From the UHGV virus genome UHGV-0213559: a DNA stretch of 43,138 bases. One strand, 5' to 3'. Of this stretch, positions 1 to 9,658 are shown piece after piece. The DNA comes from a virus. The translations under genes and the position numbers were made by a program. The notes under the pieces were generated by a model. It was not told the origin of the DNA and ran no database searches. It worked only from the letters and a program-made list of their open reading frames with translations. Within the stretch, counting starts at the first letter, position 1. Every line of letters begins with the position of its first letter.

Positions 1-441
1 ATGTCTACCTATTCTTTTATGGATGTCACTGCGACGCTGACCGGCCCGACCGGTTCGATTGACCTCGGGTACGGTTCTGCAAGTTCTGAAGAGGGGATTG
101 TGGTTGCGATGGGCGGTCCTAAAAACACCATGACCATCGGTGCTGATGGTGAAGTGATGCACAGCCTCCATGCAGATAAAAGCGGGACGATTACCGTTAA
201 CCTTCTGAAGACATCACCGACAAATAAAAAATTGTCGCTGGCGTATAACGCACAGAGCCAGTCTTCTGCCACATGGGGGAATAACGTTATCGTGATCCGC
301 AACAAGGTCAGCGGCGACATCATCACGGCACGCAGTGTTGCGTTCCAGAAACAACCGGATAACGCCAACGCTAAAACCGGTAATACGATGCCGTGGGTGT
401 TTGACTGCGGCAAGATTGACCAGGTTCTCGGGGAGTTTTAA
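1..441 (+). CDS. phage tail tube protein (DUF3277-like, from memory)
   Basis: 146-aa ORF with ATG at base 1; if the window ends are joined, a GGGGAAG Shine-Dalgarno lies about 5 nt upstream; follows the sheath gene in circular order and precedes chaperone and tape measure. Confidence 0.55.
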   Translation: MSTYSFMDVTATLTGPTGSIDLGYGSASSEEGIVVAMGGPKNTMTIGADGEVMHSLHADKSGTITVNLLKTSPTNKKLSLAYNAQSQSSATWGNNVIVIRNKVSGDIITARSVAFQKQPDNANAKTGNTMPWVFDCGKIDQVLGEF

Positions 442-444
442 TGC

Positions 445-897
445 ATGGAATTCGAAATTAAAGGCGTGAAATATCGCACGGCAAAACTCAGCGTTTTTGA
501 CCAGCTGAAAGTGACCCGCAAACTTCTGCCGGTGCTGGCAGGAATGATGTCAGATTTCGGGAGTATTCGCTCCCGTTTGCCTGCTGACGGCAAAATCGAC
601 ACTGTGAAATTCGAACAGTTAAAACCGGTGTTTGAAACCATGCTCCCGCGTATCGCTGAGGAACTGTCTTCCCTGACCGAAGATGACACCGATGCGATTA
701 TTCATCCCTGTCTTGCGGTGGTATCGCGGCGTCATATGGACGGATGGGTGCCGGTATTTACCCAGGGCGAACTGATGTTTGATGATATTGACTTGCTGGT
801 CATGCTTCATCTGGTGGCGCGGGTGGTCGCCGATTCGCTGGGAAATTTTTTGCCTACACCCCTTACCAGCACGACGCAGAGCCTGCAACAGGGCTGA
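445..897 (+). CDS. tail assembly chaperone (zero-frame product)
   Basis: 150-aa ORF between tube and tape-measure genes; slippery run near its 3' end with an open -1 frame continuing to 1085. Confidence 0.5.
   Translation: MEFEIKGVKYRTAKLSVFDQLKVTRKLLPVLAGMMSDFGSIRSRLPADGKIDTVKFEQLKPVFETMLPRIAEELSSLTEDDTDAIIHPCLAVVSRRHMDGWVPVFTQGELMFDDIDLLVMLHLVARVVADSLGNFLPTPLTSTTQSLQQG
841..852 (+). promoter_or_regulatory. candidate -1 programmed ribosomal frameshift site (GGAAATTTTTTG, heptamers A_AAT_TTT / T_TTT_TTG)
   Basis: run of six T after AAA in the chaperone zero frame; the -1 frame is stop-free for about 77 codons from 852 to the TGA at 1083-1085. Confidence 0.45.
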
Positions 898-1074
898 CGT
901 TTAACAGCCTGCCGGACGGGCTGTCCTACCTTCTCAATCCGGTTGACGCCGGGTTAATTCCTTATACAGCACTTAAAGATGGCTCTGTCGATTTGTACGA
1001 CATTGCTCTCTTGAATGACCATCTGGCGGTAAAAGCGGATAACCAGCGGCGCATTGAGAAATGGAGAGAGGATA

Positions 1075-3063
1075 ATGAACGCTGAAACTATTAAAGATTT
1101 CCTCGTCTCGCTTGGCTTCAGTGTGGATGATGCAGGAGCGAAAAAGTTCGGTTCTGTCCTCGCCGGTACAACTGCAAATGTCATCAAAATGGGACTGGCC
1201 GTTGAAGGAGCTGCGCTGTCAGTGGTGGCCTTCACGGCTAAGATCGCCTCCGGCCTGGATAATCTTTACTGGGCGTCACAGCGCACCGGCGCGACAATCC
1301 AGGGAATTCAGTCTATTGGCTATGCGGTTTCGCAGGTTGGCGGCAGCGTGGACGCTGCGCGATCTTCTCTGGAAAGCCTCTCCCGGTTTATTCGTAACAA
1401 TCTCGGTGCAGAAGGCTTTCTGAATCGCCTGGGCGTACAGACCCGTGATGCCAGCGGTAACATGCGTGACATGGCCGCTATCTTTACGGGCGTTGGACAG
1501 AAACTCAGCAGCATGCCGTATTACCGGGCTAACCAGTATGCGCAGATGCTGGGCATTGACGAAAATACCCTTATGGCGATGCGCCGGGGTGTGGGTGGCT
1601 TCTCCGGGCAGTACAGCGCAATGGCGAAAGCTATCGGCTTCAATGCTGACGAGGCGGCCAGAAGCTCCAACAAATTTATGACCTCCCTGCGTGAGTTTGG
1701 CGCGATGGCAGGCATGGCCCGTGACAAAATCGGCTCTAATCTTGCGGGGGGGCTTGCGGGTTCGCTGGACACCCTGCGCCGCCATATCCTGGACAACTTC
1801 CCTCGTATCGAGCAGACCCTGACGAAAGCCATAAAAGGCATTCTGGCGCTCGGGGATATTATCGGGCGGCTGTTCTTCAGACTGATTGAGGGGACATCAG
1901 GCCTTATCACCTGGTGGCAATCGCTGGATAAGCAAACGCGGGAGTTGATCTCGCTGTTTGGCGCACTGACGATTGCGCTGCGCATTCTGAACAGTACGTT
2001 CTGGATGTCGCCGGTTGGCCTCATTACCGCGCTGGCGGCGGGGATTGCCCTCCTGTGGGAGGACTATCAGACCTGGAAGGAAGGCGGCGACAGCCTGATT
2101 GACTGGGGCAAGTGGAAACCGGAGGTCGATGCCGCGCTGAAGATGGTTCGTGACCTTAAAACGACCGTTAACGATCTGGCGAAAGCGCTGGCGAAACTGC
2201 TCAATATTGACCCCAAATCATGGTCCCTGAAGTGGGATTTCAGCAACTTCATCGACCAGATGGGCGAATTCAGCAAAATGCTGAACATGATCGCCGACCT
2301 GCTCAACGCTATCAAAGATGGACGCTGGGCTGATGCCGTCAGCATCGGCAAACAGATACTTAATCAGGGCAGCGAAAATCCGTCAGCGATGCCGATGGTT
2401 ACAGACAGCGCTAACAGTACTGCCGACTGGATTAAAGAGCACTGGGGATTCGATCCCCGCAGTGTGGGCCGGACGGTACGCGGCTGGTTTGGTGATGATG
2501 AGCCGGAACAACATGCACAGGCTACGAAACGAGGAGAGCGGAATAACAATCCGGGAAACCTTAATTTTGCTGGTCAGGCAGGGGCTTCTCTTGAACACCC
2601 GGGCGGGCGATTTGCCAGATTTGAAACTGCCTTTGATGGATTACGGGCTCTTGCTCGTCAGTTAATGTTGTACGCCGGGCGAGGAATAAACAGTGTGGAA
2701 AAAATTATCTCTACCTGGGCACCTGCCTCTGATAATAACAACACAACTGCGTATATCAGGGCTGTATCGCAACGACTGGGAGTGGATCCCCGGGCAGCCC
2801 TGAATATGAGCGATCCGAAAACCATGTCAGCATTGATGAGCAGCATTATCCAGCATGAAAATGGAAGAAATATCTATTCCCGAGAGCTGATTAATAAGGC
2901 TGCCGTGGCGGGAATTAGTGGCAAAATGACAGAGGTTAACCAGCAAAATACCTACCACATTTACGGTGGCGGAGATCCGCACGCTGTCGGTAATGAGGTT
3001 GCACGTCAGCAACAGTCTGCAAATGCTCAGGTCATGCGAAGTAATCAGGTGAGGGTGGGTTAG
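1075..3063 (+). CDS. tail tape measure protein
   Basis: 662 aa from ATG 1075 with GGAGAGAGG SD (ORF track starts at TTG 1054); long, Ala/Gly-rich, helical-looking with a central hydrophobic segment; canonical position after the chaperone. Confidence 0.7.
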   Translation: MNAETIKDFLVSLGFSVDDAGAKKFGSVLAGTTANVIKMGLAVEGAALSVVAFTAKIASGLDNLYWASQRTGATIQGIQSIGYAVSQVGGSVDAARSSLESLSRFIRNNLGAEGFLNRLGVQTRDASGNMRDMAAIFTGVGQKLSSMPYYRANQYAQMLGIDENTLMAMRRGVGGFSGQYSAMAKAIGFNADEAARSSNKFMTSLREFGAMAGMARDKIGSNLAGGLAGSLDTLRRHILDNFPRIEQTLTKAIKGILALGDIIGRLFFRLIEGTSGLITWWQSLDKQTRELISLFGALTIALRILNSTFWMSPVGLITALAAGIALLWEDYQTWKEGGDSLIDWGKWKPEVDAALKMVRDLKTTVNDLAKALAKLLNIDPKSWSLKWDFSNFIDQMGEFSKMLNMIADLLNAIKDGRWADAVSIGKQILNQGSENPSAMPMVTDSANSTADWIKEHWGFDPRSVGRTVRGWFGDDEPEQHAQATKRGERNNNPGNLNFAGQAGASLEHPGGRFARFETAFDGLRALARQLMLYAGRGINSVEKIISTWAPASDNNNTTAYIRAVSQRLGVDPRAALNMSDPKTMSALMSSIIQHENGRNIYSRELINKAAVAGISGKMTEVNQQNTYHIYGGGDPHAVGNEVARQQQSANAQVMRSNQVRVG

Positions 3064-3650
3064 TGGATATTCTCTCTACACTTTTTCATCAGCAGAGCAG
3101 AAAAATAGGAATGATTGTTCCCAGTGTTGTTATTTCAGAGAAGCATACAGATATGCTTGAAATAACCGAGCATCCGGTAGAGGTCGGGGCTGCTGTCGCT
3201 GATCATGCCTATAAAAAACCGTCAGAAGTGGTGATGGAGGTTGGTTTCGCCGGTGGCGGCACATTGCTGGATTTTGCCAGTAACCTGACGGCTACCAGCC
3301 TGCTCGGCCTGAGTCCTCAGCAGACGTATCAGGAGCTACTGGATCTGCAGGAAAGCCGTATCCCCTTCGATGTGGTAACCGGTAAACGGCTGTACAGCAA
3401 CATGTTGATCCGGGCGCTGGAAGTGACGACGGACAAGACAACCGAAAATGTCCTGTCCGCCGTCCTTACCCTGAGGGAGGTCCTTATCTCCCGGACACAG
3501 CAGATTACCGTCGCGGATAAAACCAACATGAAGGAAGGGGCCAGCACGTCGGCGGTACAGAATAGCGGCAACAAAACCACAAAGCCTCCAGATACTTCAC
3601 TGCTGAAAAGCATTACGGGTAACGTGGCGTCATTACTGGGAGGCGGCTAA
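3063..3650 (+). CDS. tail/baseplate-associated protein, function unknown
   Basis: 195-aa ORF with GTG start overlapping the tape-measure stop; sits between tape measure and baseplate hub. Confidence 0.35.
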   Translation: MDILSTLFHQQSRKIGMIVPSVVISEKHTDMLEITEHPVEVGAAVADHAYKKPSEVVMEVGFAGGGTLLDFASNLTATSLLGLSPQQTYQELLDLQESRIPFDVVTGKRLYSNMLIRALEVTTDKTTENVLSAVLTLREVLISRTQQITVADKTNMKEGASTSAVQNSGNKTTKPPDTSLLKSITGNVASLLGGG

Positions 3651-3952
3651 TGACAATTCAGGAAATTCCGCTGACAGCGGACAACCAGCAGTTCAGCATC
3701 GTCCTGGGCGGTGTTACCTGGCGGATTAGCATCATATGGCGCGATCTGTACTGGATTATGGACCTGCAGAATGACAGAGGGGAGCCGGTAATCTCCGGTA
3801 TTCCTCTCGTCACTGGCGCTGATCTGCTGGCGCAGTACGCCTGTATGGGGCTTGGTTTTAAGCTGTTGGTGGTCTGCGATGACAACACACAGGATTATCC
3901 CACGAAAACTGACCTGGGCGGTCGCAGTCATTTACTGGTATCAACGGAGTAA
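3650..3952 (+). CDS. hypothetical tail protein
   Basis: 100-aa ORF whose ATG overlaps the preceding stop (translational coupling) in the tail module. Confidence 0.35.
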   Translation: MTIQEIPLTADNQQFSIVLGGVTWRISIIWRDLYWIMDLQNDRGEPVISGIPLVTGADLLAQYACMGLGFKLLVVCDDNTQDYPTKTDLGGRSHLLVSTE

Positions 3953-3954
3953 GC

Positions 3955-5022
3955 ATGTCACAGAACTGGATGAGACATTTCGAGCTGCAGCTTGTGGACG
4001 GGAACGGTCAGGGAATTGAGCTAAGTGATTTCAAAGTCACCTTTACGATCGACTGGTTCAACATCAGCAGCGCGTCCCGGGTAGGGACTATCAAAATTTA
4101 TAACCTCTCGGCAGATACTGTGAACCGAATTACCGGGCAGGAGTTTTCGAAAGTGCGTCTGATTGCGGGTTACGACGGTATCGCGCCGGAGGTGTCGGCA
4201 AGCGACGTCGGGACAGTGCGGGAAGTTGACGCGGCGGACGTGGGCCAGAGTGATGGTCGCAACTACGGACTGATTTTCAGCGGTGAAATTCGCTACTCGG
4301 TCACAGGAAAAGACAGTCCGGTTGATTCCTACGTCCTGATTCAGGCAGCAGATACTGATCTGGCTTTTGCCACCAGTATAACCTCACAGACGCTGGCTGC
4401 CGGTTACACGGTCGCTGATGTGAACCGTGCGCTGATGAAAGACTTCGAAGCCAAAGGTGCGACCGAAGGCCTGACGCCTGAAATGCCTGCTACTGTATTC
4501 CCCCGGGGGCGGGTGCTCTTTGGCATGACGCGGCATCTAATGGATAACGTAGCCGGGCAATGTGGCGCAACATGGCAATTCGTGGACGGTCAGCGCCAGA
4601 TGGTGGCGACTAATGAATATGTTCACGAAGCGATTGTGCTCAACAGTGCTACCGGGCTTATTGGCATGCCGCAGCAGACCATCGGCAACGGCGTAAACGT
4701 CCGCGCGCTTATTAATCCGAACATCCGGGTTAACGGGCTCATTCAGCTGGATCAGGCTTCCGTCTATCGTACCGCGTTGTCGAACAACGATATTGCGATG
4801 GCTGGTGGTCAGATCACCGACCAGAACACGGACGGAAATATCACGCTCAGCGGCACCACATCGCAGCCTGCCAGCATCGCAACGGATGGCGTTTATATTG
4901 TGCGCGGGATTATGTACACTGGTGACACAAGGGGCCAGGCGTGGTACATGGACATGATGTGCGAAGCGCGTGGCGCGGCGGATTTACTTTCGTCCTCAGC
5001 GCAGCAAAGGTTTTATTCATGA
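3955..5022 (+). CDS. baseplate hub-like tail protein (Mu gp44 / P2 gpD-like position)
   Basis: 355-aa ORF in the hub position of the tail gene order; assignment by synteny and size only. Confidence 0.45.
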   Translation: MSQNWMRHFELQLVDGNGQGIELSDFKVTFTIDWFNISSASRVGTIKIYNLSADTVNRITGQEFSKVRLIAGYDGIAPEVSASDVGTVREVDAADVGQSDGRNYGLIFSGEIRYSVTGKDSPVDSYVLIQAADTDLAFATSITSQTLAAGYTVADVNRALMKDFEAKGATEGLTPEMPATVFPRGRVLFGMTRHLMDNVAGQCGATWQFVDGQRQMVATNEYVHEAIVLNSATGLIGMPQQTIGNGVNVRALINPNIRVNGLIQLDQASVYRTALSNNDIAMAGGQITDQNTDGNITLSGTTSQPASIATDGVYIVRGIMYTGDTRGQAWYMDMMCEARGAADLLSSSAQQRFYS

Positions 5023-5366
5023 AGCGTATGAAGTTAGTTCTGACAATTTCGTTACTGTTTTCCTGCTCATCGGCTTTCGCTGATTTGCAATGCGGGGGAT
5101 ACCGACTTCATGCATCTGATAACGGGTGGACGAAAATCAACGGCGAACAGGTAACATCTCAGAAAATTAAGTTTCTTGGTCAGAAAGATGACTGGGACAA
5201 CGTTAAAACCGACATGGGCCTGATGCCTTCCCGCGATGGCAACAATTACGGCTTTGAGTTTGTGAAGCGTAACGGAAAAGCTTTTCTGAACGTCCAGCTT
5301 CTGCAGAACAGCATGGATGCGCCTAGAATCATCGGATCATTCCCTTGTAAAAAGGCGTTACGCTAA
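5019..5366 (+). CDS. secreted or lipoprotein cargo protein (signal peptide)
   Basis: in-frame ATG at 5019 overlapping the upstream stop (ATGA); N-terminus MKRMKLVLTISLLFSCSSAFA is a typical signal peptide with a possible lipobox Cys; AT-rich by eye. Confidence 0.5.
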   Translation: MKRMKLVLTISLLFSCSSAFADLQCGGYRLHASDNGWTKINGEQVTSQKIKFLGQKDDWDNVKTDMGLMPSRDGNNYGFEFVKRNGKAFLNVQLLQNSMDAPRIIGSFPCKKALR

Positions 5367-5461
5367 AGTTTGATGTCAATCTTCCGAGATGAGCGCTTTA
5401 AGGTTGACGAGATATTGTTCAAAGTTCACAATCACAATCCCTTTAGTAAGAGAAATAATCC

Positions 5462-6235
5462 ATGGCGGCAGGCATCCCACTAGAAAAAGCGCAAAAATAT
5501 GTTGAACAATTCAATGCGCTTCTATTGGATAGGGAAAGATTAGATCCCTTCACTGAAAAGAAAATTCGAGAGGAACTTTCTGTTTCTCCAACGCCTGCTA
5601 CCAACATTGCACTATCTTATCTGGATGCAATAACCGGAAAGATTGAAAGCGCGTTACGTTATCTCAGGATAAGCCTGGAAGTAAACGATGTAACGTTGGC
5701 AATGCACTATCATCACATTTTAATTAATACATTTAGCTATAATGAACTCAAGGATGTCTATGTCCCGCTGGCAAAGAAGTATCGGACAAAACTTTTTAGT
5801 CACAACGCATACAGTTGGGCGTACCGTTGCGGTGAGCGTGAACAGTTAGAATTTTATATGGAAGAGCACATTAAGCTTCTTTCTGAATCAGAAGGCAGGA
5901 GTAATGCTATGAAGCACAAAGAAGAACTCCTTGCAGAAATGGATAATTTCTATAGCGCCACACAGTGCTCGAAGGAACAGTTTCAGACCTTAGCATCCAT
6001 AATCTGGGGCTTGCTAAGTGAATACAAGGCTACGACAGGTTTCGTTCAGCTTAGTGGAAGCGGTTGCTATGTTGTTGATATTAAAAATCTTGAGCCTAAA
6101 ACTATTGCCAAAATGAATTTCGATTTGGCTGATAGAGTCTGTGCTGAATCTAAACTGGATGATTGTTCCCTGTTAGCTAGATTTACCTCTCCGCGTCAGT
6201 TGCATACGGGGGTGAGCTACCATGTCGGTAACTAG
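5462..6235 (+). CDS. hypothetical protein, cargo gene A (257 aa)
   Basis: ORF-track ORF; AT-richer than flanking tail genes by eye; 3' end overlaps the next ORF by 14 nt. Confidence 0.5.
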   Translation: MAAGIPLEKAQKYVEQFNALLLDRERLDPFTEKKIREELSVSPTPATNIALSYLDAITGKIESALRYLRISLEVNDVTLAMHYHHILINTFSYNELKDVYVPLAKKYRTKLFSHNAYSWAYRCGEREQLEFYMEEHIKLLSESEGRSNAMKHKEELLAEMDNFYSATQCSKEQFQTLASIIWGLLSEYKATTGFVQLSGSGCYVVDIKNLEPKTIAKMNFDLADRVCAESKLDDCSLLARFTSPRQLHTGVSYHVGN

Positions 6236-6617
6236 CAATCAGATTCTCGATACCGCTCGATTATGTCTGTCTGAAAATATTGAGAGTGGATTTCGAAGCG
6301 CTATCTCAAGGGCGTATTACAGTATGTTACATGAGTCTATTAGCTCACTTACTGCCATACCGCATTTTACCCATGAGCATCACAAAAATACTGTGGGTTA
6401 TATGTCAACGCCATCAGAGTGCAAATCAGAGCCATACCCGACAAATACACTGAAATCCCTGGCTTTCGTACTTCGCCAGTGGCGGGATGCTAGAAACGAA
6501 GCTGACTATGATCTGACGAATGTGACTGTTTCGAAAGAGATGGGACAGGATGCAATCGAGGCTGCTGAACTCTATTTTGAGCGCTGGGAACAGCTAAAGT
6601 CTGCTAGGGCTTCATGA
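6222..6617 (+). CDS. hypothetical protein, cargo gene B (131 aa), possible HEPN-like motifs
   Basis: overlaps gene A (coupling); contains RAYYSMLH (R-x6-H) and RNEADY stretches reminiscent of HEPN R-x4-6-H motifs; followed by a strong intrinsic terminator. Confidence 0.45.
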   Translation: MSVTSNQILDTARLCLSENIESGFRSAISRAYYSMLHESISSLTAIPHFTHEHHKNTVGYMSTPSECKSEPYPTNTLKSLAFVLRQWRDARNEADYDLTNVTVSKEMGQDAIEAAELYFERWEQLKSARAS

Positions 6618-6634
6618 ATAAAATTAACGTTATC

Positions 6635-6659
6635 AAACCCGCTTCGGCGGGTTTTTTGC
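6635..6659 (+). terminator. rho-independent terminator
   Basis: AAACCCGC-TTCG-GCGGGTTTTTT hairpin plus T-tract immediately after the cargo pair. Confidence 0.7.
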
Positions 6660-6676
6660 TTTCTGGAGCCTACTAA

Positions 6677-7429
6677 ATGGCAGTATCTGACGAGACCCGC
6701 AGCGGCGATCTTGCCGAAACATTCAAATCTGAACGGGAAACAACAAAGAACCAGATCCGTGTCGCCCTGCCTGGCATTATTCAGTCATTCGATCCTGATG
6801 CGGTGACGGCAGTTGTGCTGCCTGCTATCCGTTCGGTTGAAAAGGATAATGACGGCAAGCGCATTACCAAAAATTACCCATTGCTGGTGGATGTGCCAGT
6901 GGTATTCCCGCGTGGCGGAGGCTGTACGTTGACTTTTCCGGTAAAAGCTGGGGATGAGTGTCTTGTCGTTTTTGCCGATCGTTGTATTGATTTCTGGTGG
7001 CAGAGCGGCGGGATACAGGAGCCGGTTGATGACAGAATGCATGATTTATCGGATGCGTTTTGTATTGTCGGTCCCCAGTCGCAGGCGAGGAAGATTAGCG
7101 GTATTAATACCAGTGCCACACAGTTGCGTAGTGACGACGGCAGCACCTATTTTGAGCTTAATCCTGATACCAGGAAAATTAAAATTGTCGCTCCGGGGGG
7201 GCTTGATGTGGTTGCCCCCCTGGCTGATTTTTCTGAGAAAGTAACCATTCATGGCCTGTTAACCTGGATGGGTGGCATGGTGGGGTCTGTTGTTTCTGGT
7301 GTGGCTTCAAAAATCACTGGTGCTGTTGAGTTCTTGGGGAGCGTGAAGGCTAACGGCAAGCCAATCGATGATACGCACACTCATGGTGGTGTTCAGCGCG
7401 GTGGAAGCAATACCGACGGAGTAAACTGA
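6677..7429 (+). CDS. baseplate spike / assembly protein (gpV / Mu gp45-like)
   Basis: 250-aa ORF after the hub in a V-W-J-I gene order; assignment by order and size. Confidence 0.5.
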   Translation: MAVSDETRSGDLAETFKSERETTKNQIRVALPGIIQSFDPDAVTAVVLPAIRSVEKDNDGKRITKNYPLLVDVPVVFPRGGGCTLTFPVKAGDECLVVFADRCIDFWWQSGGIQEPVDDRMHDLSDAFCIVGPQSQARKISGINTSATQLRSDDGSTYFELNPDTRKIKIVAPGGLDVVAPLADFSEKVTIHGLLTWMGGMVGSVVSGVASKITGAVEFLGSVKANGKPIDDTHTHGGVQRGGSNTDGVN

Positions 7430-7782
7430 TGCGATACAGACGTGAAGACGCCGATGGCGATTACACCTTTGGCAGCGGTGATGACACCTGGCTAATTAAC
7501 TCACCGGAGGCCGTGGCACAGGCGGTAAAAACGCGATTCGAATTGTGGTATGGGCAATGGTTTCTCGACACCACCGAGGGGACTCCGTGGATCCAGTCCG
7601 TACTCGGTAAGCAGAAGCCGGAAACCTACAACCTGGCGATCCGTAAGCGCATCCTCGAAACGCGGGGCGTTAAATCAATCCTCTCTTTCAATACGACGGT
7701 GGATACCACGACCCGACGTGTCAGGTTTTCCGCTGAAATCGACACTCTTTATGGAATAACGACTGTTACATCGGAGGCGTAA
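7429..7782 (+). CDS. baseplate wedge protein (gpW / gp25-like)
   Basis: 117-aa ORF coupled to the preceding gene; position and size match W-like proteins. Confidence 0.5.
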   Translation: MRYRREDADGDYTFGSGDDTWLINSPEAVAQAVKTRFELWYGQWFLDTTEGTPWIQSVLGKQKPETYNLAIRKRILETRGVKSILSFNTTVDTTTRRVRFSAEIDTLYGITTVTSEA

Positions 7783-8981
7783 TGGCTCTGAACCTTGATT
7801 CTCTCGGTTTATCTGCAAAGGTAACCGCGGAGGGGATCAGTGCGCCTGATTATCAGACGATACTCAGCACCCTGATTAGCTATTTTCAGCAGATTTATGG
7901 TAGTGATGCCTACCTCGAACCGGACAGTAAAGACGGTCAGATGGTGGCTCTGATGGCGCTGGCGATTCATGATGCCAATAATACGGCGATAACTGTCTAC
8001 AACTGTTTTTCACCGGCAACCGGCTATGGGGCTGCACTGACCAGTAACGTGAAAATAAATGGTATTTCACGTAAAGGCGCGACGAACTCTACGGTTGATT
8101 TGCTTCTTACAGGAACTGCCGGAACAACCATCATTAATGGCAGCGTGAAAGACAGTAATAATGTGATATGGCGTTTGCCTGCTTCAGTGGTGGTCGGCGT
8201 GGATGGTACAGTGATGGTGACCGCAAAATGTTCCGTCAGTGGTGCAGTGGCGGCGCTGGCTGGAACTATCACTGAAATTAATACGCCAACCCGTGGCTGG
8301 GTTTCGGTAACCAATCCTGCTGCAGCTACTGTAGGCACTCCAGCAGAAACTGATGCGGAGTTACGTATCCGCCAGTCGCAAAGTGTTGCGTTGCCATCAA
8401 TAACCCCATTTGAAGCACTGGATGGTGCTGTTTCTAATGTTACCGGTGTAACCCGCCACAAACTCTATGAAAACGATACTGGTTCGGAGGATGGTAACGG
8501 GTTACCGCCACACTCTGTTGCTGTAATTGTGGATGGCGGTGATGTGACGGATATTGCTCAGGCTATCAGAGGGAATAAAGGCCAGGGGACAGCCACTCAC
8601 GGTACAACATCCGTTACGGTTCCGGATAAATACGGCAATCCCCATGTAATCAAATTCTCGCGTTCCAGTGATGTGCCTGTTTATGCCCGGATTAAATTAA
8701 AAGTTTTTACGGGTTATACCTCACAGATAGGGCAGCAGATCCAGCAGGCTATTTCCGACTATATCAATAGTCTGATGATTGGTGATTCGGTCCTTTTAAG
8801 TCGCATTTACTCACCGGCGAATCTTGGCGTGGTGAGTGGCGGAAATGCACGCTATTACGATATTCAGGAACTGACGATTGGTAAATCCCCGGGGGCTTTG
8901 TCGTCATCAAACATTGATATCAGATATAACGAATATGCGTCCTGTGCCCCGGAAAATATCGTTATAACGGTGGAGTCATGA
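7782..8981 (+). CDS. baseplate J-like protein
   Basis: 399-aa ORF in the J position; ATG overlaps the preceding stop. Confidence 0.55.
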   Translation: MALNLDSLGLSAKVTAEGISAPDYQTILSTLISYFQQIYGSDAYLEPDSKDGQMVALMALAIHDANNTAITVYNCFSPATGYGAALTSNVKINGISRKGATNSTVDLLLTGTAGTTIINGSVKDSNNVIWRLPASVVVGVDGTVMVTAKCSVSGAVAALAGTITEINTPTRGWVSVTNPAAATVGTPAETDAELRIRQSQSVALPSITPFEALDGAVSNVTGVTRHKLYENDTGSEDGNGLPPHSVAVIVDGGDVTDIAQAIRGNKGQGTATHGTTSVTVPDKYGNPHVIKFSRSSDVPVYARIKLKVFTGYTSQIGQQIQQAISDYINSLMIGDSVLLSRIYSPANLGVVSGGNARYYDIQELTIGKSPGALSSSNIDIRYNEYASCAPENIVITVES

Positions 8982-9658
8982 GCAAATACACCGAACTAAT
9001 CACGAACTATCACGCCACCAAACCTAAATTTCTTGCACATGCTGATCTGATGACCAGGCCGCTTATTGATGTTGCGGCTGCCACCAGAGGGCTGATTACT
9101 GCATTTGATATTGACTCCGCGGTTGGTGTGCAACTTGACATTCTTGGATTGTGGATCGGACGTAGCCGTGTTGTCAGCCAGCCTATCTCAAGTGTCTATT
9201 TCAGCTGGGATACCGACGGGCTTGGGTATGATCAGGGTGTATGGCAGGGGCCATACGATCCTGATTCAGGATACATGTATCTCAGCGATGAAACTTATCG
9301 TGTCATTCTTAAAGCGAAGATTGCGATTAATAACTGGGACGGACGGAATGATTCGCTTCCGGCAATCCTTGACGCTGCAACAGCAGGATCCGGACTGCGA
9401 ATGCAGATTGTCGATAACCAGGACATGACGATATCGGTCTGGGTCTTTCCTGATACAGATATTTCAGATGTATCGCGTGAGTTAATTGCGGCAATTAAAC
9501 AGGGGTATCTCACAGTAAAAGCCGCCGGGGTATGGGCGGGTGGCATTGAAACACCTTCGGTTGAAACCCCATCGGAAGGTTCAAAATTTTTTGGTTTTGA
9601 TATGGATAACGAATTTATCAGTGGTTTTGATGTAGGGGCATGGGGAGTATTACTCTGA
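8978..9658 (+). CDS. tail protein I-like (baseplate)
   Basis: 226-aa ORF overlapping the J-like stop, upstream of the tail fibre. Confidence 0.45.
   Translation: MSKYTELITNYHATKPKFLAHADLMTRPLIDVAAATRGLITAFDIDSAVGVQLDILGLWIGRSRVVSQPISSVYFSWDTDGLGYDQGVWQGPYDPDSGYMYLSDETYRVILKAKIAINNWDGRNDSLPAILDAATAGSGLRMQIVDNQDMTISVWVFPDTDISDVSRELIAAIKQGYLTVKAAGVWAGGIETPSVETPSEGSKFFGFDMDNEFISGFDVGAWGVLL

Noticed and set aside
9-413. Long minus-strand ORFs lying entirely inside plus-strand structural genes (e.g. 9-413, 1276-1785, 8024-8461, 37576-38277, 39802-40161) and plus-strand ORFs inside minus-strand replication genes (e.g. 19989-20552, 20564-21168)
   Set aside because: They are shadow ORFs in GC-rich coding DNA: no ribosome-binding sites, fully overlapped by better-supported genes with coupling and motifs on the other strand.
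5404-5438. Possible sigma-70 promoter (TTGACG, 17 nt, CACAAT) upstream of cargo gene A
   Set aside because: The -10 hexamer is a poor match and cannot be distinguished from chance in AT-rich DNA without transcript mapping.
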